Program-made: the position numbers and the translations under genes
The notes under the pieces: generated by a model
Database searches by the model: none
What the model saw: only the letters and a program-made list of their open reading frames with translations
Told to the model about the DNA's origin: nothing
Source: an uncultured virus (IMG/VR IMGVR_UViG_3300042197_001803)
Taxonomy: Duplodnaviria > Heunggongvirae > Uroviricota > Caudoviricetes
Length of the DNA stretch: 64,000 nt
Reading direction: 5' to 3' (one strand)
Virus record (IMG/VR): IMGVR_UViG_3300042197_001803
Span: 31,858-95,857 of that record
In this document: one piece after another, positions 1 through 9,337 of the stretch
Layout of the letters: each line of letters starts with the position of its first letter
Numbering within the stretch: position 1 is the stretch's first letter

Positions 1-337
1 AAGCTCTGAATGAGGTTGACTTTGTATCTTCAGCCCCAGCCTGTCTATCATGATGGTCCGTGTGAATAACAAACATTGGTTTACCGTGTGCAAAATCAAC
101 TAAAACAGGCATTGTATCGCCCTGAGCGTCATTCTTTTTAACCGCAAACTCTTTATCGCCATATTGAATTACGTGAGCATCAACAACTTTAATACCATTG
201 TTTTCTAGATATTTTTTCATTGCTAAAGCTGTGGTTACACCATCCAAATCTTGGTGAAAATATATTTCAGCCTTTGGGTATCTTTTAGCCAACTTATTTA
301 TATCTCTAAGTCCGCTCTCTTTAATTAATTTTTTCAT
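1..337 (-). CDS. DHH-family phosphoesterase (N-terminal part, runs off window edge)
   Basis: Manual translation MKKLIKESGLRDINKLAKRYPKAEIYFHQDLDG...VLVDFAH...HTDHHD shows the HxDxDG, VD and DHH motifs. The ATG overlaps the upstream stop (TAATG). Confidence 0.8.
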   Translation of the reverse strand, partial: MKKLIKESGLRDINKLAKRYPKAEIYFHQDLDGVTTALAMKKYLENNGIKVVDAHVIQYGDKEFAVKKNDAQGDTMPVLVDFAHGKPMFVIHTDHHDRQAGAEDTKSTSFRA

Positions 338-1446
338 TATACAAGTTTTGCGGGTCCGCCAAGTAATCCACCGATTATTGTTGATAGTATATCACCACCT
401 TTTCCAAGTGAAGATGCTGGTGTTGATGATGTTTGAGATGGTAGTGGAGGTGGTGGCGGTGCTTGACCCAATCCCATCTCAGAACTCCATGTTTGTTGTG
501 CTTGTGGTGTTTGAGAATACTCTTCCCATCTTTGTTCCGCGTTAGGAATAGTTTGTTCCAACTCTTCAGGTCCCACAAAATTAGCAACACCTAACCAATC
601 TAAAAATCCTAAATAGGTTTTGGTTCTTCTCATTAATGACCTAGTTGCTGGATTTCCACCGAATATTCTTGGGACTCCAGCATATAGTTTTTGGCCTAAT
701 TTAGCATCTGATTTCATATACTTCCACCAAGAATTTTTCATGTCTTTATAACCACTAAAAACTTTACCTTCTTGTTTGGCGATTTGTTTTAATAATTCTT
801 CTTTTTCTGCAGCGCCTAAAGCCTTTTCAGCTTTAAGTGTTGCACCACTACGACTCGCTTTTGAAAATATTTGAACATATTCTTCAACGGCATTAACCAA
901 CCCTTTACCAAGACCTGGTACTCTACCAACTGAGTTTCGTAACAATTCAACTAATTTTGTTCCCCATGTCGGAGCCTTTTCAACCATTTTTGCAATTGGT
1001 CCACCAGCCTTTTTAGCGGTAGACGCTATTTTAGCAGCATCTTTAGCAACAACCGCCGCTCTAAACGCTTTGGTTGCGGAACCTCCAACTTTTAAAACAC
1101 CAATAACAGGTTTGGCGATAGCGTCTCCTAAGAATGGTAATACTGAAACCCATGATAATATAGCAAAAAGTTTATCACCTTGTCTCCAATAACTTATACC
1201 ATTAACCAAATCAACAATCCCTGTCGGGTCAAAAATACCAACAATATCACCAACAGTATTATACCATTTATCTTCTTTAAGAAGTGGTTTTTTTTCGGGA
1301 TAAACCACTTTTAACATTTCAACAACAATTCTTTTGTCTTTGTTAGATAATTTATTCCATTTTTCATTAAGAATTTTATGGAATTCTTCTTGATATATCT
1401 CAAATATTCTATCTTTTAATTCGGATTCTGTAACTATTTTAGGCAT
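337..1446 (-). CDS. Putative virion/head-cargo protein with pre-toxin-TG-like hydrophobic hairpin
   Basis: 369 aa. N-terminus IVTESEL; segment DIVGIFDPTGIVDLVNGISYWRQGD..AILSWVSVLPFLGD; TATTTATA motif upstream. Confidence 0.45.
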   Translation of the reverse strand: MPKIVTESELKDRIFEIYQEEFHKILNEKWNKLSNKDKRIVVEMLKVVYPEKKPLLKEDKWYNTVGDIVGIFDPTGIVDLVNGISYWRQGDKLFAILSWVSVLPFLGDAIAKPVIGVLKVGGSATKAFRAAVVAKDAAKIASTAKKAGGPIAKMVEKAPTWGTKLVELLRNSVGRVPGLGKGLVNAVEEYVQIFSKASRSGATLKAEKALGAAEKEELLKQIAKQEGKVFSGYKDMKNSWWKYMKSDAKLGQKLYAGVPRIFGGNPATRSLMRRTKTYLGFLDWLGVANFVGPEELEQTIPNAEQRWEEYSQTPQAQQTWSSEMGLGQAPPPPPLPSQTSSTPASSLGKGGDILSTIIGGLLGGPAKLV

Positions 1447-1480
1447 ATGATATTTTTTACTATAAATATCATAAAAATAA

Positions 1481-1501
1481 AAAAGAGGACTTAAAGTCCT
1501 C
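1481..1501 (-). terminator. Intrinsic terminator after methyltransferase
   Basis: GAGGACT-taa-AGTCCTC stem with an adjacent A-run (U-tract on minus strand). Confidence 0.6.
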
Positions 1502-1503
1502 GA

Positions 1504-2355
1504 TTAATGTAATTCTAATTTAACTTGTTTCTTTTCGTCAACAAAATGTTGGACTCTATCTCGAGCTATTTGACAATAATTGGGTGATAATTCAATACCT
1601 AACCATCTTCTATCTAAAATCTCAGCAGCTACACAGGTAGTTCCACTTCCGTTGAAAGGGTCTAAAACAACATCATTTTTGTATGTTAATATTTTAATGG
1701 CTCTTGTTGGTATATCCATAGAGAATGTTGCTTTAGTTAAACTTTTAGTGTCCGCAAAATAGTTCCATTGTCCAAACACTAAATCAATAAATTCTCTTTT
1801 TTGAGCGTCGGTATAAAAAGTTTTGTTTCTTAAATTACCGTTTTTATCTTCAACTTCTTGTATGTTACCAACCCATTCAGGAACTCCTTTAATTTTTTTA
1901 ATGTGATGTTTTTTATAAGCTAAAATTACACACTCTTTAGGGTTATAGATGTACGGTGCTGATGGGCTCATCCAAGAACCCCAAGCGGTTGTTCGGCTCC
2001 TGTGTGGAGAATCCTCTTGTAAATCAACAACTCCAAAAAATTTATAACCAATTTTTTTCATTATTTGCCAAACTTCACTTACCATAAAAACACGGCCACC
2101 CTTGTCTTGCCTATTAATTTCATAAGGAATGTTTATTGCGATACGACCATCATCTTTTAAAACTCTAAAAGCCTCAGTCATCCATCTTTCGGTAAACTTA
2201 AAGTATTCATCAACCAACATGTCATCATCATGAACGTCATATTCAATACCAACTCCGTATGGTGGTGATGTAACAATTAAATCAACACAACCTTCAGGTA
2301 GTGTTTTCATTACTTCAGTACAATCCCCATTTATAATTTTTCCTGTTTCAATCAT
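1504..2355 (-). CDS. DNA methyltransferase, N4-C/N6-A beta class
   Basis: TSPPY catalytic motif precedes the VLDPFNGSGTT SAM-binding motif. Confidence 0.92.
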   Translation of the reverse strand: MIETGKIINGDCTEVMKTLPEGCVDLIVTSPPYGVGIEYDVHDDDMLVDEYFKFTERWMTEAFRVLKDDGRIAINIPYEINRQDKGGRVFMVSEVWQIMKKIGYKFFGVVDLQEDSPHRSRTTAWGSWMSPSAPYIYNPKECVILAYKKHHIKKIKGVPEWVGNIQEVEDKNGNLRNKTFYTDAQKREFIDLVFGQWNYFADTKSLTKATFSMDIPTRAIKILTYKNDVVLDPFNGSGTTCVAAEILDRRWLGIELSPNYCQIARDRVQHFVDEKKQVKLELH

Positions 2356-2361
2356 TGTATT

Positions 2362-2508
2362 TTATTTTAAGATAAACATTACCCCAAAAATTAGTAATGT
2401 TACGATAATAGTAATGAAAACTAATTTAATAAACAAGTCAAAAGTTTTATAATTTCTTTCAACTTGTTTTTTAGTTCTGCCTTGCCATTCGTCTCTATTC
2501 CACTCCAT
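2362..2508 (-). CDS. Small membrane protein (48 aa, not in ORF track)
   Basis: MEWNRDEWQGRTKKQVERNYKTFDLFIKLVFITIIVTLLIFGVMFILK; fills the gap between genes; C-terminal TM. Confidence 0.6.
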   Translation of the reverse strand: MEWNRDEWQGRTKKQVERNYKTFDLFIKLVFITIIVTLLIFGVMFILK

Positions 2509-2722
2509 TGTTTTCAAGTTTTTTAATATGATGTTCCAAGTACCAAAGAGCCTTTTTAAGGTCTTCTAATTCTTTTTTAGGGTCTTTCTTACCCGCCCTT
2601 GAGATGTATTTAACAGTATTACCCAAACTAAACCCTAATCCCCAAGCATCAATTACTTTTATCGCTTCATAAACATTATTTTCACCCCCATAATGATTGG
2701 GGTGGTTAATCATTTCTCCCAT
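2495..2722 (-). CDS. DUF3310 family protein
   Basis: INHPNHY...EAIKVI...FSLGNTVKYISRAGKK...EDLKKALWYL signature. Confidence 0.88.
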   Translation of the reverse strand: MGEMINHPNHYGGENNVYEAIKVIDAWGLGFSLGNTVKYISRAGKKDPKKELEDLKKALWYLEHHIKKLENNGVE

Positions 2723-2727
2723 AATAA

Positions 2728-3969
2728 TCAGTCGTTAAATATTGAACCGTTTCTTCTTTGAACGTTATTAAAATTAAATTGAATTTCTTTTGACGAAACA
2801 TTAGCTTTAGAGTTCATAGTTTCCATGTCAACAACGTAGTCTTCATCGTTTTGATATTCATCAAGTAAATCGTCGTTTTTAATAGTTCCGTTATATTTCT
2901 TTATGATTTCTTCGATGTTTTTCATACCTACATTACTATACATGTTATTTAAAGTATTGTGTAATTCTTCAGCCATTTTCATACTTTCTGAAATTACCTG
3001 TACAATTTGGTATGGATTTGCGTTAGAAGCTGGTCTTCTATCTTCCAAATATCCTTTCCAACCATCATAAGTTTGTTTTGGTATTCTAATTGAAGCCCCT
3101 CTATCACTAACACCGTAAGTAAATTTATCAATAGATTGTGTTTCGTGTTTACCAGTAAGTCTCATGTAATTGTCAGTACCATAAACCTCAATGTGTTTAT
3201 TTTTTCTACTATCAAAAGCCTTAAATATTGAATTAAAGTAGTCTTCACCACCTTCTTCCCTCATTCGTTTGTTTGAGAAATTTGTGTGTAATCCTGAACC
3301 ATTCCAATCTTGATTACCTAATGGTTTTGGGTGATATTCAATATAGTAGCCATATTTTTCAGAAATTTTTTCCATAAAATACCTTGACATCCACAAATCA
3401 TCACAGGCCTTTAATTTACCTTTACCAAACACCTGATACTCCCATTGACCTAGTGCGACTTCAGCGTTAACACCAGTAATATCAATACCAACATTAATAC
3501 AAAACATCATGTGTTCCTCAACCAAATCCCTACCAACTACATTACCCCCAACTCCGCAATAATATTTACCTTGAGGTTCTAATCCAAGATTTGGGTGTTT
3601 TATTGGGTTATGACCTAAAACAGGTCGGTACTTACCTTCTCTAATAAAATATTCCTGTTCAAATCCAAACCAAAAGTTATTATCATCCTCAATTAGCGCC
3701 CTGTGATTTGATTCATGTGGTGTTCCATCAGGATTCATCACTTCACAAAATACATAAACTTTTTTATCGTTTTCTCTATATAGTCTAACAGGTTTTAAAA
3801 TACAATCTGATTTTGACCCCTCAGCTTGTTTGGTTGATGAACCATCAAAATTCCATTCAGGAATTTCTTCTAATGATAGTGGTGGATGACTTAAAATTTT
3901 AATTTTACTTCTTAAGTTTGGTTCAGGTAAATAACCATCTAACCAAACATATTCAATTACTTGTTTCAT
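2728..3969 (-). CDS. glnII: Glutamine synthetase type II (auxiliary metabolic gene)
   Basis: EYVWLDG, WNFDGSST, FGFEQEY, QGKYYCGVG, NAEVALGQWEYQ, DWNGSGLHTNFS, RLTGKHET, DRGASIRIP, YLEDRRPASN. Confidence 0.93.
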   Translation of the reverse strand: MKQVIEYVWLDGYLPEPNLRSKIKILSHPPLSLEEIPEWNFDGSSTKQAEGSKSDCILKPVRLYRENDKKVYVFCEVMNPDGTPHESNHRALIEDDNNFWFGFEQEYFIREGKYRPVLGHNPIKHPNLGLEPQGKYYCGVGGNVVGRDLVEEHMMFCINVGIDITGVNAEVALGQWEYQVFGKGKLKACDDLWMSRYFMEKISEKYGYYIEYHPKPLGNQDWNGSGLHTNFSNKRMREEGGEDYFNSIFKAFDSRKNKHIEVYGTDNYMRLTGKHETQSIDKFTYGVSDRGASIRIPKQTYDGWKGYLEDRRPASNANPYQIVQVISESMKMAEELHNTLNNMYSNVGMKNIEEIIKKYNGTIKNDDLLDEYQNDEDYVVDMETMNSKANVSSKEIQFNFNNVQRRNGSIFND

Positions 3970-3976
3970 ATTTAAT

Positions 3977-4246
3977 TTAATTTATTTTCGTTATGTAATA
4001 CTTGCAAATTTTAAAACTTTTTTTATACCCATCCCTAATAGAAAAAGAAGGTTTTTTAGTAATATGAAAACCTATTTCTTTTTCACCGAACCTAACATAA
4101 AAGTCATAATCGTTAATACCAATTGATAAACGATATTTCAAAAAAGTCACAATATATTGTTTTCCGTGTCCGTCAACAACATACCTATTTGTTTTTAACA
4201 ACGTAGTACCCTTTTGATATTTGACTTTCTTCGATTTCACCTTCAA
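3977..4246 (-). CDS. Hypothetical protein
   Basis: 89 aa ORF in operon; start uncertain. Confidence 0.5.
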   Translation of the reverse strand: MKVKSKKVKYQKGTTLLKTNRYVVDGHGKQYIVTFLKYRLSIGINDYDFYVRFGEKEIGFHITKKPSFSIRDGYKKSFKICKYYITKIN

Positions 4247-4373
4247 CTATTAACTGGTCTAAAATTTTTTGTGTTTCTTCTTCAGATACTCTCAAAATAT
4301 AGTTACTTATGTAAGATATGTGAACAGGTAATCTTAATTTTGAGATTAATAATTTATATTGTTTTTGATTCAT
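4185..4373 (-). CDS. Small winged-helix-like hypothetical protein
   Basis: 62 aa; helix-helix followed by LIVEGEIEES..GYYVV wing-like end. Confidence 0.45.
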   Translation of the reverse strand: MNQKQYKLLISKLRLPVHISYISNYILRVSEEETQKILDQLIVEGEIEESQISKGYYVVKNK

Positions 4374-4560
4374 GATATTCTTTTAACTTGGTTTTAATTT
4401 CACTAATATCTAACCCATCACAATACCATTTATAAACTTCATTAGAAATAGTATCTGTGAATATAAAAGCGTCGGCACTAAATAATTTATCCAAAGATTT
4501 TTCATTTGAGATATACTCTTCAACCATTTTTTGACTCACATATCTTTTATTAAAACCCAT
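4354..4560 (-). CDS. Hypothetical protein
   Basis: 68 aa ORF, coupled to neighbours. Confidence 0.6.
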   Translation of the reverse strand: MGFNKRYVSQKMVEEYISNEKSLDKLFSADAFIFTDTISNEVYKWYCDGLDISEIKTKLKEYHESKTI

Positions 4561-4562
4561 AT

Positions 4563-5345
4563 CTACGCCAATAACTTTTTATTACTTATATTTCTGACGT
4601 TACGTTGCTGATTTATAAAAGAAGATATTTTTCTTTTTGAAATTGGTAATAGAGTTTCTTCTATTGGGAAGATGTCTTTGGACTCAATCTCAAATAAAGG
4701 GTACAAACTTTCGTTATCAGTTTCGTAACTTTTAGAAAAATTAGATAAAATATCTGTAATAGTCAAATCTTTTTGAGGTCCGAAATATATTAATTTGGTC
4801 GTTGTTTTAGTTTGACCTTTAGTTTTATAAACTCTTTTTATTGTGTACTTCCAAACGTATATATCATCACCTGTTTTGAAGTAGAAAAATCCGTTTTTGC
4901 TTTTAATATTGTTTTTATTTTTTTTAATAACCACCTCAACAGAATCATACACAACAGACCATATAGACTTTGCAAAACCAAAGTAATCATACAGTTGTGG
5001 TTGACTATTACTCAATATCTGATGATATTCAACAATCTCTTCTTCCGATAAAACAGGGATATCTTTTGTTTTTAAATCAGTTATTAATAACTCATCATCA
5101 TTTGTTAAAAATTTTTTATGAGTATATAATATTTTATTCTGATTAATTAATGTTTGTATATTACCTAAATGTAGGGATAGTTCAATAAACATTGGGTAAA
5201 CTTCCATGTTTTCCAAATGTTTATTAAGTTTTTGAAAATAGTCTAAAAGTACATATTGTTTTTGCTCCGCATCTAAAATACCTTGGAATATCCAATCAGT
5301 ATCCATTATGAACTCGACTTTTTTATGACCTCTTCTTGCTTTCAT
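4563..5345 (-). CDS. Hypothetical protein
   Basis: 260 aa ORF, co-oriented in operon. Confidence 0.7.
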   Translation of the reverse strand: MKARRGHKKVEFIMDTDWIFQGILDAEQKQYVLLDYFQKLNKHLENMEVYPMFIELSLHLGNIQTLINQNKILYTHKKFLTNDDELLITDLKTKDIPVLSEEEIVEYHQILSNSQPQLYDYFGFAKSIWSVVYDSVEVVIKKNKNNIKSKNGFFYFKTGDDIYVWKYTIKRVYKTKGQTKTTTKLIYFGPQKDLTITDILSNFSKSYETDNESLYPLFEIESKDIFPIEETLLPISKRKISSFINQQRNVRNISNKKLLA

Positions 5346-5387
5346 TTTATTTTAAATATAGAAGAGAATTATTCATAAATGAATACT

Positions 5388-6728
5388 TTAATTAATTCTC
5401 ATTATGTAATAATCTTCCCCATTAATATTAATAGTGTCGTAATTACCGTCATAAGAATTCATTAATCCGTAACCTTCTTCATCCGCTAAACCTTTAGCTA
5501 ATTCGTCTTCATCAACAAAATCTTTAATATTTAACCCATATTCTTTAATATAAAACATTGGGTTGCGTTCTACATCGTACAGTTTATCTTCAAGGACTTC
5601 TTCAATCATTTCGTCGGTAGGTTCTGTACTAGGTACAATTTCTTCTTTCTCAGATTCAAGTTTGTCTATTAGGTTTTGAAAATCCTCATAATAATTGTCG
5701 TAATTTTCGTCATCAGGGTCTAATTCGTTTTGTTCTCTTTCGTAATCTTCGATTTCAACTTCAATTTCAGATATTCTTTGTTCTTGTTCAGGAGTTAATT
5801 CAAAATCATCATCATTAAAATAAACATCAGGATTTTGATATATATCATCTCTCCACCAGTCCTCAAAATAATCTTTTAAATAATCTTCATCTATATAATT
5901 TTCTATAAAACTTTGATTAAAACCTTCAATACCAACATCGTCAATGTAATTTTCAGCGTATTCTAAAACAGCATCATCCATTTCAGTTTCAGTCCCAACA
6001 GTATATTCTTCATCTCTACTAAGTAAATTTTCAAATCTTTGTAAACCATAGTGTTCACCTGCAGGATATAAAACATAAACATCACTTTTGTCACTAATCA
6101 AATCATCAATTTCTTCCTGTAAATTATCAATCTGTTCCTGAAGTTCATCATCTTTTTCATTCCAGTCTTCATCGTCCATACTAAGACTATCTTTTTCAGT
6201 TTCTAATCTTTCGATTTCACTTCTATTTTGACTTATTTTTTCTTTTTCATCTTCACTTAACGATTCTAAAGTCCCATCACCAACCAAATACTCAAAAAGG
6301 GCATTTGCTTTAAGACCTAAATCATCTATATCAGGATTGTTTAAATTCCAATCATCAGATTCTCTGTACTCATCCATTTCATTTGATTTAGCTCTTTGTC
6401 TAGCAGCAATTCTTTTGGTTTCAACAGGGCTACCATAATCAGAAACATACCCTTTAACTTGAGTATTACCTAAATCGGAAATTTTAGTTCTACCAATTGA
6501 TAGATTACCTTGAATGTATCCAATATTACCTAATGAATCTGTTGGTGTGTTTGATAAATCTAAATTACCTGTTATCCATAAAGGTTTACCTTCAAATCTA
6601 GGTAGTTTACTAATACCTTTACCGTGGTAACCCGATAGTTTCATTAATTCCACATATTCTTCAGGTGATATCTTATAGTAAGATTCCTCGGGTAATGATT
6701 GTTCTAATAAACGTTCAAGTTTTCTCAT
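5388..6728 (-). CDS. Highly acidic protein with short LRR-like repeats
   Basis: GNLDLSNTPTDSLGNIGYIQGNLSIGRTKISDLGN repeats followed by a very D/E-rich two-part repeated coiled coil. Confidence 0.6.
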   Translation of the reverse strand: MRKLERLLEQSLPEESYYKISPEEYVELMKLSGYHGKGISKLPRFEGKPLWITGNLDLSNTPTDSLGNIGYIQGNLSIGRTKISDLGNTQVKGYVSDYGSPVETKRIAARQRAKSNEMDEYRESDDWNLNNPDIDDLGLKANALFEYLVGDGTLESLSEDEKEKISQNRSEIERLETEKDSLSMDDEDWNEKDDELQEQIDNLQEEIDDLISDKSDVYVLYPAGEHYGLQRFENLLSRDEEYTVGTETEMDDAVLEYAENYIDDVGIEGFNQSFIENYIDEDYLKDYFEDWWRDDIYQNPDVYFNDDDFELTPEQEQRISEIEVEIEDYEREQNELDPDDENYDNYYEDFQNLIDKLESEKEEIVPSTEPTDEMIEEVLEDKLYDVERNPMFYIKEYGLNIKDFVDEDELAKGLADEEGYGLMNSYDGNYDTININGEDYYIMRIN

Positions 6729-6802
6729 TCTTATAAATACTATTATATAAAATAAATATTATGTTTGATTTACAAATAAACAAATATTGGTAATATTTAT
6801 TG

Positions 6803-7393
6803 ATGATGGAATCAGGTATTTACATTATCAAAAACATAACTAACAACAAAATATATGTTGGTAGTTCTGTTAATATTTCGTCACGAGAATATAAACATTT
6901 TTGGATGTTAAAAACAGGTATTCACGATAATCATTATTTACAACAATCATATGACAAATATGGTAGGGATTCGTTTATTTTTGAAGTTGCCGAATTGTGC
7001 AGTTATGATGACTTAATAATTAAAGAAAATCACTATATTGATTTGTACCAATCAAATAACCCAAAATACGGATATAATCTAGCTAAAGTTAATGAATTCA
7101 GAAGAAACACATATAATGACGAGGTTAAATTAAAATTATCGACTTATAATCAAAATAAAAATAACAACTTTAAACAATTTTCATTAACAAATATTGAATC
7201 AGGTAATATATTTATATTTGACAATTTAATTGAGGGTGCGAGATACTTAATTAACAACGGTTTTGCCAAAGGTATCGAAAGAAATATTAGGATGAAATTA
7301 TCAGCTTCATTACGCAATAAAAAAGTTAACAACGGTCATAAGGGTACCATAAGAAAAACTTGTTATAAACATAAATTCAATATAATAAACTAA
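6803..7393 (+). CDS. GIY-YIG homing endonuclease (free-standing)
   Basis: SGIYIIKNITNNKIYVGSS...R...H..ML..G.H.N..LQ....KYG...F.FE...E..YI...YN. ATG at 6803 preferred over TTG at 6800. Confidence 0.9.
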   Translation: MMESGIYIIKNITNNKIYVGSSVNISSREYKHFWMLKTGIHDNHYLQQSYDKYGRDSFIFEVAELCSYDDLIIKENHYIDLYQSNNPKYGYNLAKVNEFRRNTYNDEVKLKLSTYNQNKNNNFKQFSLTNIESGNIFIFDNLIEGARYLINNGFAKGIERNIRMKLSASLRNKKVNNGHKGTIRKTCYKHKFNIIN

Positions 7394-7410
7394 ATTAAAA
7401 ATTAAAAATT

Positions 7411-7581
7411 ATGGGCGGATGCGGATGCAAAAACAAATCAAATAACACTCAACAAAGTGTATCATCACAACAACCAAGTCAAAATCAAACCTTGTCTCAA
7501 GTTCAAGCTCAACAAACACAGAACGCTTCGATTCAAGAATCAATTCGTAAGGTTGTTGAAAAGTATTACAATAAAAAATAA
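7411..7581 (+). CDS. Small Gln-rich protein with MGGCGCK N-terminus (56 aa, not in track)
   Basis: Manual translation MGGCGCKNKSNNTQQSVSSQQ...IRKVVEKYYNKK; A-rich leader; terminator downstream. Confidence 0.7.
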   Translation: MGGCGCKNKSNNTQQSVSSQQPSQNQTLSQVQAQQTQNASIQESIRKVVEKYYNKK

Positions 7582-7604
7582 TACTTGGTGATTTTATCGT
7601 ATTG

Positions 7605-7627
7605 AAGGGGCTTTACGCCCCTTTTTC
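7605..7627 (+). terminator. Intrinsic terminator
   Basis: AAGGGGC-tttac-GCCCCTT followed by TTT. Confidence 0.7.
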
Positions 7628-7675
7628 TATTTATACATTTAATTTTTTTTATTATCCTTAATAAAAAATAACTTT

Positions 7676-8482
7676 ATGAATTTTATAAATTTAAAATCTA
7701 ATAGAGGGTTGGTTAATTTATTGGCGGATTTTATTCTATTAGAAATTAATGAAAATGAAAAATACGACACAATAATTGAGGTCTCTGATTTTGGTAGATT
7801 TTTTGTCGTTAATGGAATGACCTCAAGAAAAGATGTAATTAATTTGTCTGAAGTTACTGTTAAATTTAAAAAAGAATATGAAGATTTGATGACCTTACTA
7901 GGTTATGAAGAATTAAATGTAATTGACCTTATAATATACGGTAATGAATTATCTAAAAAAAATGAATTTTGGTTTACTTACTATGATACAGAAAGACCTG
8001 TATATAGCAGAAAAACAATAGATTTAACTTCCACAAATTTAAAATACCAAAAAATAAATAATAACAGTATTGAATTAGATTTTTCTGAGAATACCACAGA
8101 AGGTTTGGGGGTTTTTACGTACTCACCATTAAACATAACTTCTGAATTCCCTTACGGTCATAGTTTTAACATGGGTAGAAATTTTTACTATTATTCAGAG
8201 TATATTTGTAATCATTTGTTTACAATGTTAATGTGTGATGAAATTAGCTTTAAATGTTCAATTAATAAAGATTTAAATGATGATTATAATATCGACATAA
8301 TTTCAAATTCAATATATAAAAAAGAAAAAATAAAATCACTTATATTAGATGTTTTTGACTTTAACTTAGGTAAATTCAAAAACAAAATTTCAGGGTATAA
8401 CTATATCGAAGATATAACTAAACCTTTGGAAAAAAAACCTTGGTTGGTTAAAGATGAAATAAAAAATATGTTAATGTTTTAA
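7676..8482 (+). CDS. Degenerate S-adenosylmethionine synthetase (MetK)-like protein
   Basis: N- and C-terminal segments pattern-match MetK domains; no GHPDK motif; only 268 aa. Confidence 0.45.
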   Translation: MNFINLKSNRGLVNLLADFILLEINENEKYDTIIEVSDFGRFFVVNGMTSRKDVINLSEVTVKFKKEYEDLMTLLGYEELNVIDLIIYGNELSKKNEFWFTYYDTERPVYSRKTIDLTSTNLKYQKINNNSIELDFSENTTEGLGVFTYSPLNITSEFPYGHSFNMGRNFYYYSEYICNHLFTMLMCDEISFKCSINKDLNDDYNIDIISNSIYKKEKIKSLILDVFDFNLGKFKNKISGYNYIEDITKPLEKKPWLVKDEIKNMLMF

Positions 8483-9003
8483 ACTCTTTTTGAATATGAA
8501 ACTACTTGATAGAAATCTTTTTCACCATCACAATAACTTTTAACTAAATTAAGTAGGTTTTTAAACATAAATGCACCAGGTGCTTGTTTTTCACACTTAA
8601 TAAATAATTCAATCATGGCTGAGATAAAGTCGATTTTGAAGGCACCTAAATTATCCAAAGAAAAATAAGAGTCGGTAAAATAGTCGTTATAAATTAACTC
8701 ATAATTATTACGTTCTTCTACACTATTAAATGGTTCCATTATTTCATATATGTCTAACCATTCATTTACATATCTACCAACCTCTTCAGAATCGTGTTCG
8801 CATTTAACAATTAAATCAACAATCCAGTGAGTGTGTGATGGTGCTCTTAATCTAGATTTAGGTGTTTTATATTTTACAATATAATCTAAATCAGGATTGT
8901 GTCCACGACTACCTTGATATATTGCGATTGTACCACCATCAGACAATTCCCAACTTTTTAAAGGATTGTGTAAAATACCATTTTTTCTAAAAGATAAAGA
9001 CAT
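8479..9003 (-). CDS. Hypothetical protein (probably early)
   Basis: 174 aa; TAAATTTG (-7-like element) at 9008-9015 upstream. Confidence 0.65.
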   Translation of the reverse strand: MSLSFRKNGILHNPLKSWELSDGGTIAIYQGSRGHNPDLDYIVKYKTPKSRLRAPSHTHWIVDLIVKCEHDSEEVGRYVNEWLDIYEIMEPFNSVEERNNYELIYNDYFTDSYFSLDNLGAFKIDFISAMIELFIKCEKQAPGAFMFKNLLNLVKSYCDGEKDFYQVVSYSKRV

Positions 9004-9030
9004 ATTGCAAATTTAATATTTTTTTTGATA

Positions 9031-9058
9031 AAATAAAATCCCTCTCGGGATTTTATTT
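9031..9058 (-). terminator. Hairpin terminator after glutaredoxin-like gene
   Basis: AAATAAAATCCC-tctc-GGGATTTTATTT inverted repeat. Confidence 0.55.
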
Positions 9059-9337
9059 TGTAAAGTGTTCTTTAATTATGTTAACACCCTCATCAATTTC
9101 GTTGTAATCTCTTTCAGGTGCAAACAAATAAGTTTTTGGATTTCCATCAGGTGATTCAACAATCATAAAGGAAGGTACATAATCGTTTTCAGTCACTTCA
9201 ACGAATAGATTGTACTCATCTTCATATTCATCAATATCTCTATCAACAAATTCAATACCAGCCTCATTAAGTTTTTCTTTCATTTCAACACAATAAGGAC
9301 ATCCTTTCATTGTGAATATAACCAGTAGTTTATCCAT
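9053..9337 (-). CDS. Glutaredoxin/NrdH-like redoxin
   Basis: FTMKGCPYC motif and cis-Pro VP. Confidence 0.85.
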   Translation of the reverse strand: MDKLLVIFTMKGCPYCVEMKEKLNEAGIEFVDRDIDEYEDEYNLFVEVTENDYVPSFMIVESPDGNPKTYLFAPERDYNEIDEGVNIIKEHFTK

